From a virus (taxonomy: Duplodnaviria > Caudoviricetes), in IMG/VR virus record IMGVR_UViG_3300001598_000034, positions 32,001 through 96,000 of that record: 64,000 nt of DNA, one strand, 5' to 3'. A model generated the notes under the pieces. The model searched no databases and had not been told where the DNA came from. It worked only from the letters and a program-made list of their open reading frames with translations. A program made the translations under genes and the position numbers. Numbering within the stretch: position 1 is the stretch's first letter; every line of letters begins with the position of its first letter. Below, piece after piece: positions 16,990-26,641 of the stretch.

Positions 16990-17685
16990 ATGGCTAATAA
17001 GCTTACTATTAATGAATTGGTAAAACAAGCATCTAATAGCGTTCAAGAAAAGCAAGAGTCTATTGTTAAGACTGCAGCTGAACAAGGTATTGAAGATGCT
17101 GATCGCGTTGTAAAAGTAGCTAGCTACACTGGAAGTATTATGGGTTCCACTGCTTTTGACGCATTTCATGATTGTGTAGCAGCATCTCTTGATTTTAATC
17201 CGGAGGATGCTGTAGTAAAACAAGCTAGCATTGCCGATATGTTAGACGCAACAATTGAAAATATTCTAATGGAAAAGATTGCAGAAGCATATTCTTCTCA
17301 AACTGGCGGCGAAAATTTGGTAACAACCCAAATGGCAGCAGCTGATCAAGTAGTAGAACAAGGTAAAGCAAATGCAGTTCTCGCTGCACAAAGCGCACAA
17401 GATGCTTTGAGCTCCGTAGACATGGGTGATGCTAACACCGCAGCTCAATCTATGGCAACTGCTGGCCAAAACATCACTTTGGCGCAACAAGCATTGGCAG
17501 TAGCTCCAGATCCAGAATTGGAAGCCCAAGTAGCAGAAGCTAGTGATGTTGTAGCTCAAGCAGCACAAGCAATTCAAGGCGTGATGGGCGCTCCTGCATC
17601 TGCAGAGAATCCTGTATTGCAGCCAGATGTATCTCCTGCAGTAGCAGCAGAAATGGCTGATGCTGAAGCAGCAGTAGCACAGTAA
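16990..17685 (+). CDS. Putative capsid scaffold protein
   Basis: Ala/Glu/Gln-rich helical protein between protease and capsid genes; five K-x-A sites. Confidence 0.6.
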   Translation: MANKLTINELVKQASNSVQEKQESIVKTAAEQGIEDADRVVKVASYTGSIMGSTAFDAFHDCVAASLDFNPEDAVVKQASIADMLDATIENILMEKIAEAYSSQTGGENLVTTQMAAADQVVEQGKANAVLAAQSAQDALSSVDMGDANTAAQSMATAGQNITLAQQALAVAPDPELEAQVAEASDVVAQAAQAIQGVMGAPASAENPVLQPDVSPAVAAEMADAEAAVAQ

Positions 17686-17712
17686 TTTTTTTTTAGAAAG
17701 TCAGGGGTAAAA

Positions 17713-17883
17713 ATGAACGACAAGCTTATTAATGAACTCCGTGACTGTGCTGAAGAACTTACTAAGATTGCGAACACTGAGGTAGAGTCTGAAAAGACTG
17801 CCTCAGTAAGCAATATCAAAGTTGCAACAGAACGCTCTGAATACATGAAGAGCATTATGGTTGCTCTCGGTTTGGAAGAGTAA
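17713..17883 (+). CDS. Small head-cluster protein (56 aa, absent from ORF track)
   Basis: MNDKLINELRDCAEELTKIAN...EKTAS...IKVAT; AGGGG RBS. Confidence 0.7.
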   Translation: MNDKLINELRDCAEELTKIANTEVESEKTASVSNIKVATERSEYMKSIMVALGLEE

Positions 17884-17904
17884 CAGCAAAGGAGAGTTAA
17901 AGTA

Positions 17905-18225
17905 ATGAACGTACAAGAAAAAGAACTTCTTCTTAAAGCTGCTGATCTTTTAACCAAAGCAGCAAGTCAACTGGAATATGGCCGCAATCTTGAGAAAGAA
18001 GCAGCTGCAACAGCAGATGAAGTAATTTCTCGTGGTATGGCAACTACTGATCAAAGAGAGTTCTATAAAGACTATCTGGCACAGCATCCGGATAAAATCG
18101 CGTCTATTAAAAATGCATTTAGCAACCTTCCCCTTCCTGCTAACACAGGCTTAGGTGAAGCAGCTAACATTGGTACAAATGAAAAAGGTTTAGATGCCTT
18201 TGATTTAGCACTTTTAGGGCAATAA
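17905..18225 (+). CDS. Putative scaffold-associated protein
   Basis: AAGGAG RBS; TKAAS, EKEAA, DKIAS. Confidence 0.55.
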   Translation: MNVQEKELLLKAADLLTKAASQLEYGRNLEKEAAATADEVISRGMATTDQREFYKDYLAQHPDKIASIKNAFSNLPLPANTGLGEAANIGTNEKGLDAFDLALLGQ

Positions 18226-18283
18226 CGCATAAGTTATCCTAAAATATAAACATAATTAAAATTTCTAAGGAGAGATAATAAAC

Positions 18284-18697
18284 ATGCTTAATATTTTGAG
18301 CGGTTACCAAACAGCTAACATTAAGTCTTTCCCAGCTGGTGAAGCACTTAACGAAGGCGAGTGGGTAGAATTTGGAAATGACGGTAAAGTAAAGAAAGTT
18401 ACTGGAGTATACACCGGAGCAAAAGGCGTTTTCCCTGTGTATGCAGGTAATGTTAAATTCTATGATACCAAGTCATTGAATGAAGTAGACGTTGTTACTG
18501 CTAAAAGTGGTATTTTGGAATGTGATAACGTAGAAGATGTTACTATTAAAGCAGGCGATGCAGTTTATGTAAAAGATGGTAAGTTGACCAACGCTGCTAA
18601 CGCTTCTGGTGGTAAAGTTATTGGTTATGCTATTGAGGATGCTAATCCCAATGACATTCATAGCCAATTTACTGTAGTTAAGTTTGCTTTAGCATAA
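18284..18697 (+). CDS. Putative head decoration/cement protein
   Basis: 137 aa beta-rich (IKAGDAVYV, VIGYAIEDA), directly before the major capsid gene. Confidence 0.65.
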   Translation: MLNILSGYQTANIKSFPAGEALNEGEWVEFGNDGKVKKVTGVYTGAKGVFPVYAGNVKFYDTKSLNEVDVVTAKSGILECDNVEDVTIKAGDAVYVKDGKLTNAANASGGKVIGYAIEDANPNDIHSQFTVVKFALA

Positions 18698-18717
18698 TAA
18701 GGATGGTGAATATATAA

Positions 18718-19902
18718 ATGGCAATTATTGAAGATTCCGCAAAGGCTAGCATGCTTAATTCAGCTTTTGTTCAACAAGTAAGTACCGACGCTGGTTGTGA
18801 AAAGATGGCTGGTGTTGCCACCGATTTCTGCCGTGTTAAGATTCGTGAAGGCTCTTTCTGCCGTAAAATTCTTCCTCCGAAGCAAATCACTTTTGCTGAG
18901 TTGGATCAAGCTATAGACAGTGATAGCCCAATGCGTATTATCCATAAGGATAAAGTTTCTGAAGCTTACCCCGTAACTTTCCGTGAGCAAGCTCAACAGA
19001 GATATTACATCGGTAATAAGTTCCAAGTATTCTACGAGAACATTCAATCTGAAGAGTTCACAAAGGTTACCGAGGAATTGCAAACCTACCGTGTGCCCAT
19101 TAAACAAATCATCGAAGAGAATTACCTCAAGGATATCCAAAAGGCAGAGGACGTTAAGTTCTTGAATACCATGAATGCTATTTTGGTTAAGAAAGAGGCA
19201 GAGAAAGTAGGCAGCTCTATTTTCAAGAGCAATGATAATAAATTCAGTCCTGCAATTTTGGCAGAAGGATTGAAGCTTCTCGTTCGTAAGGAATTACCCT
19301 TGGGAACCATTCTTATTAACGAAGAAGATTGGATGAGCTTGCTTGAATTGCAACAGGGTGCAGCTGGTTCTGCTGTTATGGAAGATATCATTCATAATGG
19401 TTACAGCTATACCAAGTTGTTGGGTTGCAACTTCGTTCGTACAATCAAAGGCGACGTAGTTAAACCTGGTCGTATCTATATTTTCAGTACTCCTGAGTAC
19501 TTGGGTGTATTTGATGTATTGGAAGACGTAAAAGCTTACATGAAGACTGAAGCTAATAAGTTCTCCTTCCATTTGTGGGAGACCATTGGTATCGCTATCG
19601 GCAACGATAATGGCGTAGCAATGATTCAGTTAGCTTCTAATGATCCTTTGGTTCCTGAAGGTGTTGTAGTTGAAAAGACCAAGATGACTACTTCTGTTGA
19701 TGGGGTATACACTGTTACCTTGGGTACCAAAGTAGCTGTAAAAGCTTATACAGTTGATAACGGAGTAGATGTAGCTGTTAGTCCTGCAGTTGATGCAGGT
19801 GGCGACGTTACCGTAGCTAAATTGGCAGCTGGCGAGCACACTATTGTGTTCAAGGGAGCTAATGGAGATACCGTAGCAACTACTGTAACTGTTGGCGCAT
19901 AA
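18718..19902 (+). CDS. Major capsid protein with C-terminal Ig-like domain
   Basis: Position after protease/scaffold/decoration, highly expressed codon bias, HK97-like size plus ~85 aa Val/Thr-rich tail (AAGEHTIVF). Confidence 0.8.
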   Translation: MAIIEDSAKASMLNSAFVQQVSTDAGCEKMAGVATDFCRVKIREGSFCRKILPPKQITFAELDQAIDSDSPMRIIHKDKVSEAYPVTFREQAQQRYYIGNKFQVFYENIQSEEFTKVTEELQTYRVPIKQIIEENYLKDIQKAEDVKFLNTMNAILVKKEAEKVGSSIFKSNDNKFSPAILAEGLKLLVRKELPLGTILINEEDWMSLLELQQGAAGSAVMEDIIHNGYSYTKLLGCNFVRTIKGDVVKPGRIYIFSTPEYLGVFDVLEDVKAYMKTEANKFSFHLWETIGIAIGNDNGVAMIQLASNDPLVPEGVVVEKTKMTTSVDGVYTVTLGTKVAVKAYTVDNGVDVAVSPAVDAGGDVTVAKLAAGEHTIVFKGANGDTVATTVTVGA

Positions 19903-19927
19903 ACTATTTACACAATTAGCAGAATTT

Positions 19928-19938
19928 AGGTATAATAT
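19928..19938 (+). promoter_or_regulatory. Class A phage promoter
   Basis: AGGTATAATAT. Confidence 0.7.
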
Positions 19939-19946
19939 ATAAATAG

Positions 19947-19979
19947 AAGAGGCGGGGCCTAAAACGCTTCGCCTCTTTT
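19947..19979 (+). terminator. Intrinsic terminator-like hairpin
   Basis: aagaggcggggc-ctaaaac-gcttcgcctctt followed by T. Confidence 0.7.
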
Positions 19980-20003
19980 AAAATTATAGAAGGGAATATA
20001 AAT

Positions 20004-20432
20004 ATGTTTGTTTCTAATCTAACAAATCGCAGTCTTGGACTTGCAAGCCCTGTAGTATTACGTCCTAATGAAATAAATCGTTTCATTGATGATGAAAATA
20101 TTACCCTTGTAGAAAGCGTTTGGCGCGCAAAAGCAGCTAATCTCGTTTCTGTTAGTGAGACAAAAGGCATGGTTAAAACCATTGCAGCAACAGCAGTGAA
20201 AACACTTACTTTCGATGCTGGAGCATTGGGGAAAGAACCAAGATCTTCTGGTAAACATGTAGAAGAAGTTAAAGAGGTTCTTAAAGAGCGCTTGTCTGAC
20301 AAAGAAGAAAAAGTAGAAGAAGCTAAAGAGGAAATTGTATTTGAGAATTTAGTAGAGTCTTCAAAACAAAAGAAGTCCAAAAAACAAGAAAAACAAGATA
20401 AGCAAGAAAAGCAAGACACACAAGACAAATAA
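20004..20432 (+). CDS. Hypothetical protein with Lys/Glu-rich tail
   Basis: RBS; follows capsid gene. Confidence 0.6.
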   Translation: MFVSNLTNRSLGLASPVVLRPNEINRFIDDENITLVESVWRAKAANLVSVSETKGMVKTIAATAVKTLTFDAGALGKEPRSSGKHVEEVKEVLKERLSDKEEKVEEAKEEIVFENLVESSKQKKSKKQEKQDKQEKQDTQDK

Positions 20433-20458
20433 CCTGAATAATTTAAGGAGATAACACA

Positions 20459-20734
20459 ATGTATAATAATGATTATAATGCGTTGAATGATGCATGTGAA
20501 TTTGCAAAGATAGCAGCTGATATGAGTTTGCCTTTGGATCAAAAACCTGCTCCTGAAGCTGGCAGTCAAATCGTTCAAGGTATGGTAAATGCGGGTACAG
20601 CTTCTCCCACTTCCGTAGGGCAACAAGTATATGCAGATCCTGTTGATGCTGAAGCGTTAGCCGAAGCAAAAGAAGAGGCTGCAGCAGTATTGGCAAAGCA
20701 AGCATCTGTAATTCGTGCTATTTACGGTTTGTAA
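20459..20734 (+). CDS. Small head-associated protein
   Basis: AAGGAG RBS; AKIAA, AKQAS. Confidence 0.55.
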   Translation: MYNNDYNALNDACEFAKIAADMSLPLDQKPAPEAGSQIVQGMVNAGTASPTSVGQQVYADPVDAEALAEAKEEAAAVLAKQASVIRAIYGL

Positions 20735-20765
20735 TAGCCACCCCTGAAAGGGAGGTATAATAACC

Positions 20766-23009
20766 GTGTACACGAATATAGAAAATTTAAAAAAAGAAGC
20801 AGGAGTTATTGGCACAGCCAAAGCATTAGCATATGGAACTGTTGGATATCATCTTGGAAAACATGTAAAAGAACAGGAATATAAAGATGAAATTATAGAA
20901 AATATGCGAAGACAAGCTGAGGCACACAATAAATATGCTTCTTTAGAACGCAGAGTATTAGAAAAAAAAGCGGCAAGTATACTAAGTAAAGCTATAGGAA
21001 GGGGTTTATCTTCGGGGTTTAATAGAGTAAAGAACTTTTTCAGAAAACCAGTAAAATTTAATCCAGGTGCTGTCAATAAAAGTACAACTAATATAGCAGC
21101 AGGAACACAAGGAGTTTGGACACCATCAATAAAATCAACGTCTAACACAATAAATAGTATTTCTGATATCACTAAAGGAAATTCTTTCTATAGAAATGGT
21201 TTTTATTCTGCTCCAAAATCTATTGTCGAAAAAAGCAAAGATCTAGTAAAGAAAAACTTGCCAAAACTTCCTTCAATTGAAGGAGCAAAAGTAAAGGCTA
21301 AGGAAAGCATTCAAAAAGCCAATGAAAGTATTAAAAAGTTTCCAAAAGCAAGAGAAGAAACAAAAGCTTTACAATCTCAAACCAATCCTGGTGCATTTGG
21401 ACCCGTTGTTGACGGAACAAAGCCTTCTCAAAGTACATATGCTGTTAGTGGAAATTTATTTGGATCCAAAGGAAAACGTGGAAGATACTTAGGAAATGAA
21501 GTATCTACGGAATTTTCCTCAGAAGGATTATCAAAAATAGCACCTACAAATCAATTTGATGGAATATTGCAGAATCCAATAAACGGTGAAGCAACTGGAA
21601 AAGCTATAGAAACACAAAATATAGAAAAACTACGAAAAGCAAAACCAGTAAAAGTTGACCCCAAAACACAGTATACAATTCCAGCTACTAATAAGACAAC
21701 TAATCCAAAAATTGATAAACATACTATCAGTACTAAAGGAACAGTTACTGGACAAATAGCCAGTGGACAAAATAAGGCTGTAGAATATCTTAAACCCCTT
21801 GAACTAAAAAAGGATATTACAGGAACTCCTATAAAAAATTCCAACCCAGAACTGAATTTATCCATAGAGCCACAAACTAAAGCAGTTATTAGAAACGCAG
21901 AAGCAGGTGCATATGATAATCTAATAGGGAAAGGAAAAGTTTGGAAACCTGGTAAAGATCCTATTTCTGTACGTAGAGCAGCAGAAGAGGCAGCAAAAAA
22001 TCCTAAAAAGTCTTGGTGGGATAAAGCAAAAGAACGCTTCTCTGAAGCTCCCAAAACAAAAGAACAGCGTTTTGCAGAAAATAGATTTGGGGCAGGGGAA
22101 CCTATTCAACCAGATACAAATTGGTCTGAAGTATACAATAGTACTAAGAACTGGGTAAAAAATAACCCGGGAAAAACAATGGCCGGAGCCGGAGCACTAG
22201 GCGGTATCGGTTTATATTCAATGTCATCTAGTGGCAATAAAAATTTAGATAATTACTATTATGGAGGATATAATCCAATGTATAATCAATATAACGCAAT
22301 GAATAAAACTGCAGCAAGTTATGGTAAAAATTTATTTTCTGATTTAGCTACTTTTGCAAAAAAGAACAAAGGGTATTTTGGGAGAACAGGTGGCGCATTT
22401 GGCGACGCAGTACAAGCATATAACCCTTTCGCTAAGGAAAACATTAAAACTTTTGGAAACTTGATCGCTCCTAACAATCCATCCACCGCATTCCTTGGCA
22501 AGACCCGTAGAGTATTAGGCAATGCTATCGCAAGTAATCCTAATGCCGTACGTGCGGCAGTAGCTGGTGTAGGAACCGGAACAGCTGGGTATGGCGCCTA
22601 TAAAATGGTTACTTCTTCTGTAAATGAAGATGATATGGCCCTTGAATACGATGCAGCAGCTAACCAAGCAGCTTTTGCAGAAAATATGTACAATGAAGCA
22701 GTAGAAAAAATGGCTTCTATCGAAGACTACATGGAGAAAGAAGCAGCAAATCCTGTTGCACGTGCAGTATATAATACAGCTGGAAAAGCCGTACGTTACG
22801 GAAACAAGCTCCAAGATAGTGCTAATTATTTCGGATTAGGCTCAGCTTTCCGTAAAAAAGGCGTGGGTAATGCAATAAAAGCACGTACCGGAGCAAGCAT
22901 TGCAACATTGGCCAGCTTGGCTCAAAAGAATCCTAACGTAGCAGCAGCTCTCGCAGCAGGTGCAGTAGGCGCAGGCGGCGTAGCTGGAGCTCGCGCAGTA
23001 ATGTACTAA
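20766..23009 (+). CDS. Putative internal head/ejection polyprotein
   Basis: Leader MYTNIENLKKEAG; basic segments with Gly/Ala hydrophobic stretches separated by K-x-A sites; GGAGGT RBS, GTG start. Confidence 0.55.
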   Translation: MYTNIENLKKEAGVIGTAKALAYGTVGYHLGKHVKEQEYKDEIIENMRRQAEAHNKYASLERRVLEKKAASILSKAIGRGLSSGFNRVKNFFRKPVKFNPGAVNKSTTNIAAGTQGVWTPSIKSTSNTINSISDITKGNSFYRNGFYSAPKSIVEKSKDLVKKNLPKLPSIEGAKVKAKESIQKANESIKKFPKAREETKALQSQTNPGAFGPVVDGTKPSQSTYAVSGNLFGSKGKRGRYLGNEVSTEFSSEGLSKIAPTNQFDGILQNPINGEATGKAIETQNIEKLRKAKPVKVDPKTQYTIPATNKTTNPKIDKHTISTKGTVTGQIASGQNKAVEYLKPLELKKDITGTPIKNSNPELNLSIEPQTKAVIRNAEAGAYDNLIGKGKVWKPGKDPISVRRAAEEAAKNPKKSWWDKAKERFSEAPKTKEQRFAENRFGAGEPIQPDTNWSEVYNSTKNWVKNNPGKTMAGAGALGGIGLYSMSSSGNKNLDNYYYGGYNPMYNQYNAMNKTAASYGKNLFSDLATFAKKNKGYFGRTGGAFGDAVQAYNPFAKENIKTFGNLIAPNNPSTAFLGKTRRVLGNAIASNPNAVRAAVAGVGTGTAGYGAYKMVTSSVNEDDMALEYDAAANQAAFAENMYNEAVEKMASIEDYMEKEAANPVARAVYNTAGKAVRYGNKLQDSANYFGLGSAFRKKGVGNAIKARTGASIATLASLAQKNPNVAAALAAGAVGAGGVAGARAVMY

Positions 23010-23036
23010 TAGCTTATATTAATGATATAATATAAC

Positions 23037-23078
23037 AAAATAAGGCTAGGCTTGTTAAGTGAGCCTTAGCCTTATTTT
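23037..23078 (+). terminator. Intrinsic terminator
   Basis: aaaataaggcta...tagccttatttt. Confidence 0.75.
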
Positions 23079-23095
23079 ACTATAAAGGAAACTAT

Positions 23096-23974
23096 ATGCA
23101 AGAAAAAAACTCAGGATTAGGGGGAAAGATTTGGCATGGAGGAATGGCTTATCTAGGCGTATCTAACCTACCTAATTCTATTTCTGAAAGCAATAAGATA
23201 AAACCCGTATATACCAAGCAAGATCTGCATGACCTTAAAAAAGTAGCTTTTTTAAAAACTATTTCCAATATAGGAAATAGTGACCTAGTAAGTAGATTAG
23301 GATCTTTAAAGGCATGGGGAGGGGCAACTATTGCCTCTAGTCTATCAGGTAAATTTAAAGAATCTAGGGATAATAATTTTTTGCAGTATAAGGCAATGCG
23401 TCAAGCCCAAAACAGACAAAATAGTATTCAACAAATGCACAAAGTAGCTTCTGCTATTCCCAATGTATGGAAATATTATATTAATGACGCAAGAAATTCA
23501 ATTTTAAGTAGTCAATATGAGACCTTTAACCAAATGCAAAAACAAGGAGTATTTGATTATAGTCTAAAAGAAGCCTCGGTATTAACCCCTGTCATAAATG
23601 GTGCTTCACGAGCATTAACACCAGTAAAGAATACCATAGCATCAGGAATAAGTAAGGTTAAATCATTTACTGATAATTTGGGAGAAAAGGCCTTTGATAT
23701 CAAAAAGAAAATACGCTCAAAAGTTGGCCCAGACGCAAAAACAGGTTATTATAGAGATAACCCCTTAAAAAAAGGGGATATACCAAAACCATATTATGAT
23801 AAAAAAATCTACACCACACCTAAAAAAGAAGATTCCTTTATTAGAGCAGCTAAAGGAATCGCAGGATTAACATTTGCAGCTGATACACTAATTGAAGCAA
23901 ATAATACAAGAAAAAATTTCCAATATGCAGCGCCAAAAGTTAAAATGCCCCCAATAAAATATCAACAACAATAA
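23096..23974 (+). CDS. Putative internal head protein (basic)
   Basis: KKVAF, HKVAS, LKEAS motifs. Confidence 0.5.
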   Translation: MQEKNSGLGGKIWHGGMAYLGVSNLPNSISESNKIKPVYTKQDLHDLKKVAFLKTISNIGNSDLVSRLGSLKAWGGATIASSLSGKFKESRDNNFLQYKAMRQAQNRQNSIQQMHKVASAIPNVWKYYINDARNSILSSQYETFNQMQKQGVFDYSLKEASVLTPVINGASRALTPVKNTIASGISKVKSFTDNLGEKAFDIKKKIRSKVGPDAKTGYYRDNPLKKGDIPKPYYDKKIYTTPKKEDSFIRAAKGIAGLTFAADTLIEANNTRKNFQYAAPKVKMPPIKYQQQ

Positions 23975-23985
23975 AGGTAACACAC

Positions 23986-24450
23986 ATGCCAGCTAAAATA
24001 AAAGTTTATTATGATAGAAACTGCACACAGGAATTAGCAAGAGACCAAAAAACTAATGCATTTTTATATACTTTTTTTAAACAAAAAGAAGATGGAACTA
24101 TACAAGAAGCTGTAGATGGAATACGTGGCGAAGCTGGTAGATGCATATTATATTTAAAAAATGTGGGAACAAGAGCAGCTTTACATCCTCAAATAACCTT
24201 TATATCAACAAACAATCAAGAAATTATCAATAAAAAAGTATACACATGTAAAGATATACCTGTAGATCAAGTAGAAGAACTACAGGTAGACTTTACTATA
24301 AAGGCATGGACAGCAGCACAAATAAGCGAGAATTATTTTTCTTTAGAATATTATTCGCTTCCAGACACTGTATCATATACAAATCCGTATAATTATTATG
24401 CAGAAATAGGTGAAGAAACAAATACCTATGTTACAATAGACGGAGTTTAA
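23986..24450 (+). CDS. Putative virion protein, Ig-like beta sandwich
   Basis: LYLKNVG motif, paralogous to the N-terminus of the next ORF (IYIKNCG). Confidence 0.5.
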   Translation: MPAKIKVYYDRNCTQELARDQKTNAFLYTFFKQKEDGTIQEAVDGIRGEAGRCILYLKNVGTRAALHPQITFISTNNQEIINKKVYTCKDIPVDQVEELQVDFTIKAWTAAQISENYFSLEYYSLPDTVSYTNPYNYYAEIGEETNTYVTIDGV

Positions 24451-24452
24451 AA

Positions 24453-25769
24453 ATGAGTAGTAGCATATCTAACTTAAAACCAGCAATACTAAAGTGTTAT
24501 AGTGATGCTTCTTGCAGTAAAGAGCTAGACAAAGATGGCGCAATATATAGAATTGTCTTAGGCACAAAAGAAGGTTTTAATGGTACAGATGGAGATCAAG
24601 TATCACAATACATCTATATTAAAAATTGTGGAGATACAAATGCTACCGATACGTATATAAAAGAAGTAGGGGACAATGCAAATTGTTTCAAAATATCAGT
24701 AAGGAACATCATTCTTGCTGACATAGTTGCAAATATAGGGACAATTGTACCAAATGAAGTTGTACCCGTAAAAATATCGTCATATATACCAAAAGAATCA
24801 GAAGCAATAGAATCGTTTCTTAACTATACTATATTATACGAATCTGTACCACCTTTTGATACAAACTATTATAAAGACACTGTTACACCAGATAAAATTC
24901 AGTTAAAGTTCTCAAAAAAGTCTTCAACAGGTAAAATAGAAGAAGAATATACTATTAAAAACATAGATAAATTATTTAATGATAGAGACTTTATTTCCAA
25001 GTTAAATATAACACCAGAAATGAGAACTCCTGTAAAAATTTATCATGGAACAACAGACGAAATATACTGGGATAATACATTAAAAAAGTATAAAGTACGC
25101 TTAAAATGTCCAAACTGCGAATCTTGGACTAATTGGGAGAATTTAAATACTTTTGATTACTCAGCAGAGATTATATGTACAAAATGTGCACATAGTATAA
25201 AAGTCGCAAATACTATAAACTTAGCAGAAGAACCAGAATATATAGATATTTTGACAAAATGTAAACTACCTATAAAGGAAGATACCTGGACAAAAAAAGA
25301 TAATTCTGACACCTACTTTATAAGAATAGAAAATGTAAAATCTGCAGTGAGTATCAATGCGTATAAAAAAGCAAACAATAAATTTGAAAAAGTTCTAGTA
25401 AATATATTAGTAAAAGATGGCTGTATAATACTAGAGTCTCTAGCGCCTTTTACAGGATATATATTACTTTTAGAAGAAGAAGCAGTAGACATAGACAACA
25501 TCAAGCCAAAATTCGGCATGGCCTATGGAAAAGGCATCTACGGACATCCTCTATATGGGCAGGAATCTTTTATACATATATCAGATTCAATAGAGATAGA
25601 CATTCCAATAAAGGGACAAGATTCAGTAATGATAGGTGCAGATTTCAAAATTCTTACTAAATATACTGGTCTGGAAGCAAATATAGAAGATATACAAAGC
25701 TATTATACCGATAGATACATGAGACTAGGATGCTATGATGGCCCAGCATTACCATTAAAGCTTAACTAA
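24453..25769 (+). CDS. Putative virion protein with Ig-like domain and Zn ribbon
   Basis: YIYIKNCGD; CPNC...CTKC; YGKGIYG. Confidence 0.5.
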   Translation: MSSSISNLKPAILKCYSDASCSKELDKDGAIYRIVLGTKEGFNGTDGDQVSQYIYIKNCGDTNATDTYIKEVGDNANCFKISVRNIILADIVANIGTIVPNEVVPVKISSYIPKESEAIESFLNYTILYESVPPFDTNYYKDTVTPDKIQLKFSKKSSTGKIEEEYTIKNIDKLFNDRDFISKLNITPEMRTPVKIYHGTTDEIYWDNTLKKYKVRLKCPNCESWTNWENLNTFDYSAEIICTKCAHSIKVANTINLAEEPEYIDILTKCKLPIKEDTWTKKDNSDTYFIRIENVKSAVSINAYKKANNKFEKVLVNILVKDGCIILESLAPFTGYILLLEEEAVDIDNIKPKFGMAYGKGIYGHPLYGQESFIHISDSIEIDIPIKGQDSVMIGADFKILTKYTGLEANIEDIQSYYTDRYMRLGCYDGPALPLKLN

Positions 25770-25780
25770 CTATAAAAATT

Positions 25781-26638
25781 ATGAAAAATAACCCATTTCT
25801 AGAGACACAAAAACAAAAAATAGATGAAAGTGTAACTATAAAAGCAAAGAGAATAACAATACGTATGTCAGAAATTACATGGGAAAACCTAGCTAAAGAC
25901 CTATGGTTTAAAGATGAAACAACAAAAGTATTTCTAGAAAAGTCAGATTCTCCCAAGAGTCATTTTAAACCCATTTGTACTATATCAAAAAATAGTTTCA
26001 ATTCTTACATAGATAATTGTGATTCTTTTTCTTTGTATAGAACAAATTTATTCTATTATAGACTAGTAAGAGATGATAAGTCGCTAGCATCTAAAGTTTT
26101 TTCCTGTGAAAAAGAACACAATTTATTTGGGTCAGAAATGGTATATAGACATAGTATTCAGTTAAAAGAAGGACACTCAGGTAGCCCAATGTACCTATTT
26201 ATAAAAAATAGAACATCCCAAAGATGCCCAGAGTGTTGGGATGATATTCGATCTGTAAGAACTAAATCAAATTGTAAAGTATGTCTAAATACTGGTTATA
26301 TTACTAGTTATTGTGATCCAATATGTATTTATATGTCTGTTTCACCAGAACAAATAACAGTACAGCAGGAACAACTTGGAACATCTGTAGAGGGAAAGAT
26401 ACAAGCATGGACTGTAGCATACCCGCGCATTAATCTAGGAGATGTCATTGTAGATCCAGCAACGCAAGATATTTGGTGTGTAAGCAATGTAAATATAACT
26501 ACGCATAAAAGAACGCCAACAAAACAAGAACTAACTTTAGATAGACATTCAGAAGATACTGCAATAAATAAGTTATTATCTTTAATTCCAGATAATATGA
26601 ATAAAGAAGACATCCGTCATGGAGAATTTTTATATTAA
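25781..26638 (+). CDS. Putative head-closure/neck protein with Zn finger
   Basis: RCPEC-WD...CKVCLNTGY, PRINLGDVIV; position before terminator and sheath. Confidence 0.55.
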   Translation: MKNNPFLETQKQKIDESVTIKAKRITIRMSEITWENLAKDLWFKDETTKVFLEKSDSPKSHFKPICTISKNSFNSYIDNCDSFSLYRTNLFYYRLVRDDKSLASKVFSCEKEHNLFGSEMVYRHSIQLKEGHSGSPMYLFIKNRTSQRCPECWDDIRSVRTKSNCKVCLNTGYITSYCDPICIYMSVSPEQITVQQEQLGTSVEGKIQAWTVAYPRINLGDVIVDPATQDIWCVSNVNITTHKRTPTKQELTLDRHSEDTAINKLLSLIPDNMNKEDIRHGEFLY

Positions 26639-26641
26639 ATT

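Noticed and set aside
20751-20763. GGAGGTATAATAA as a promoter
   Set aside because: Explained as the RBS for the GTG start at 20766 and deviates from the 11-mer
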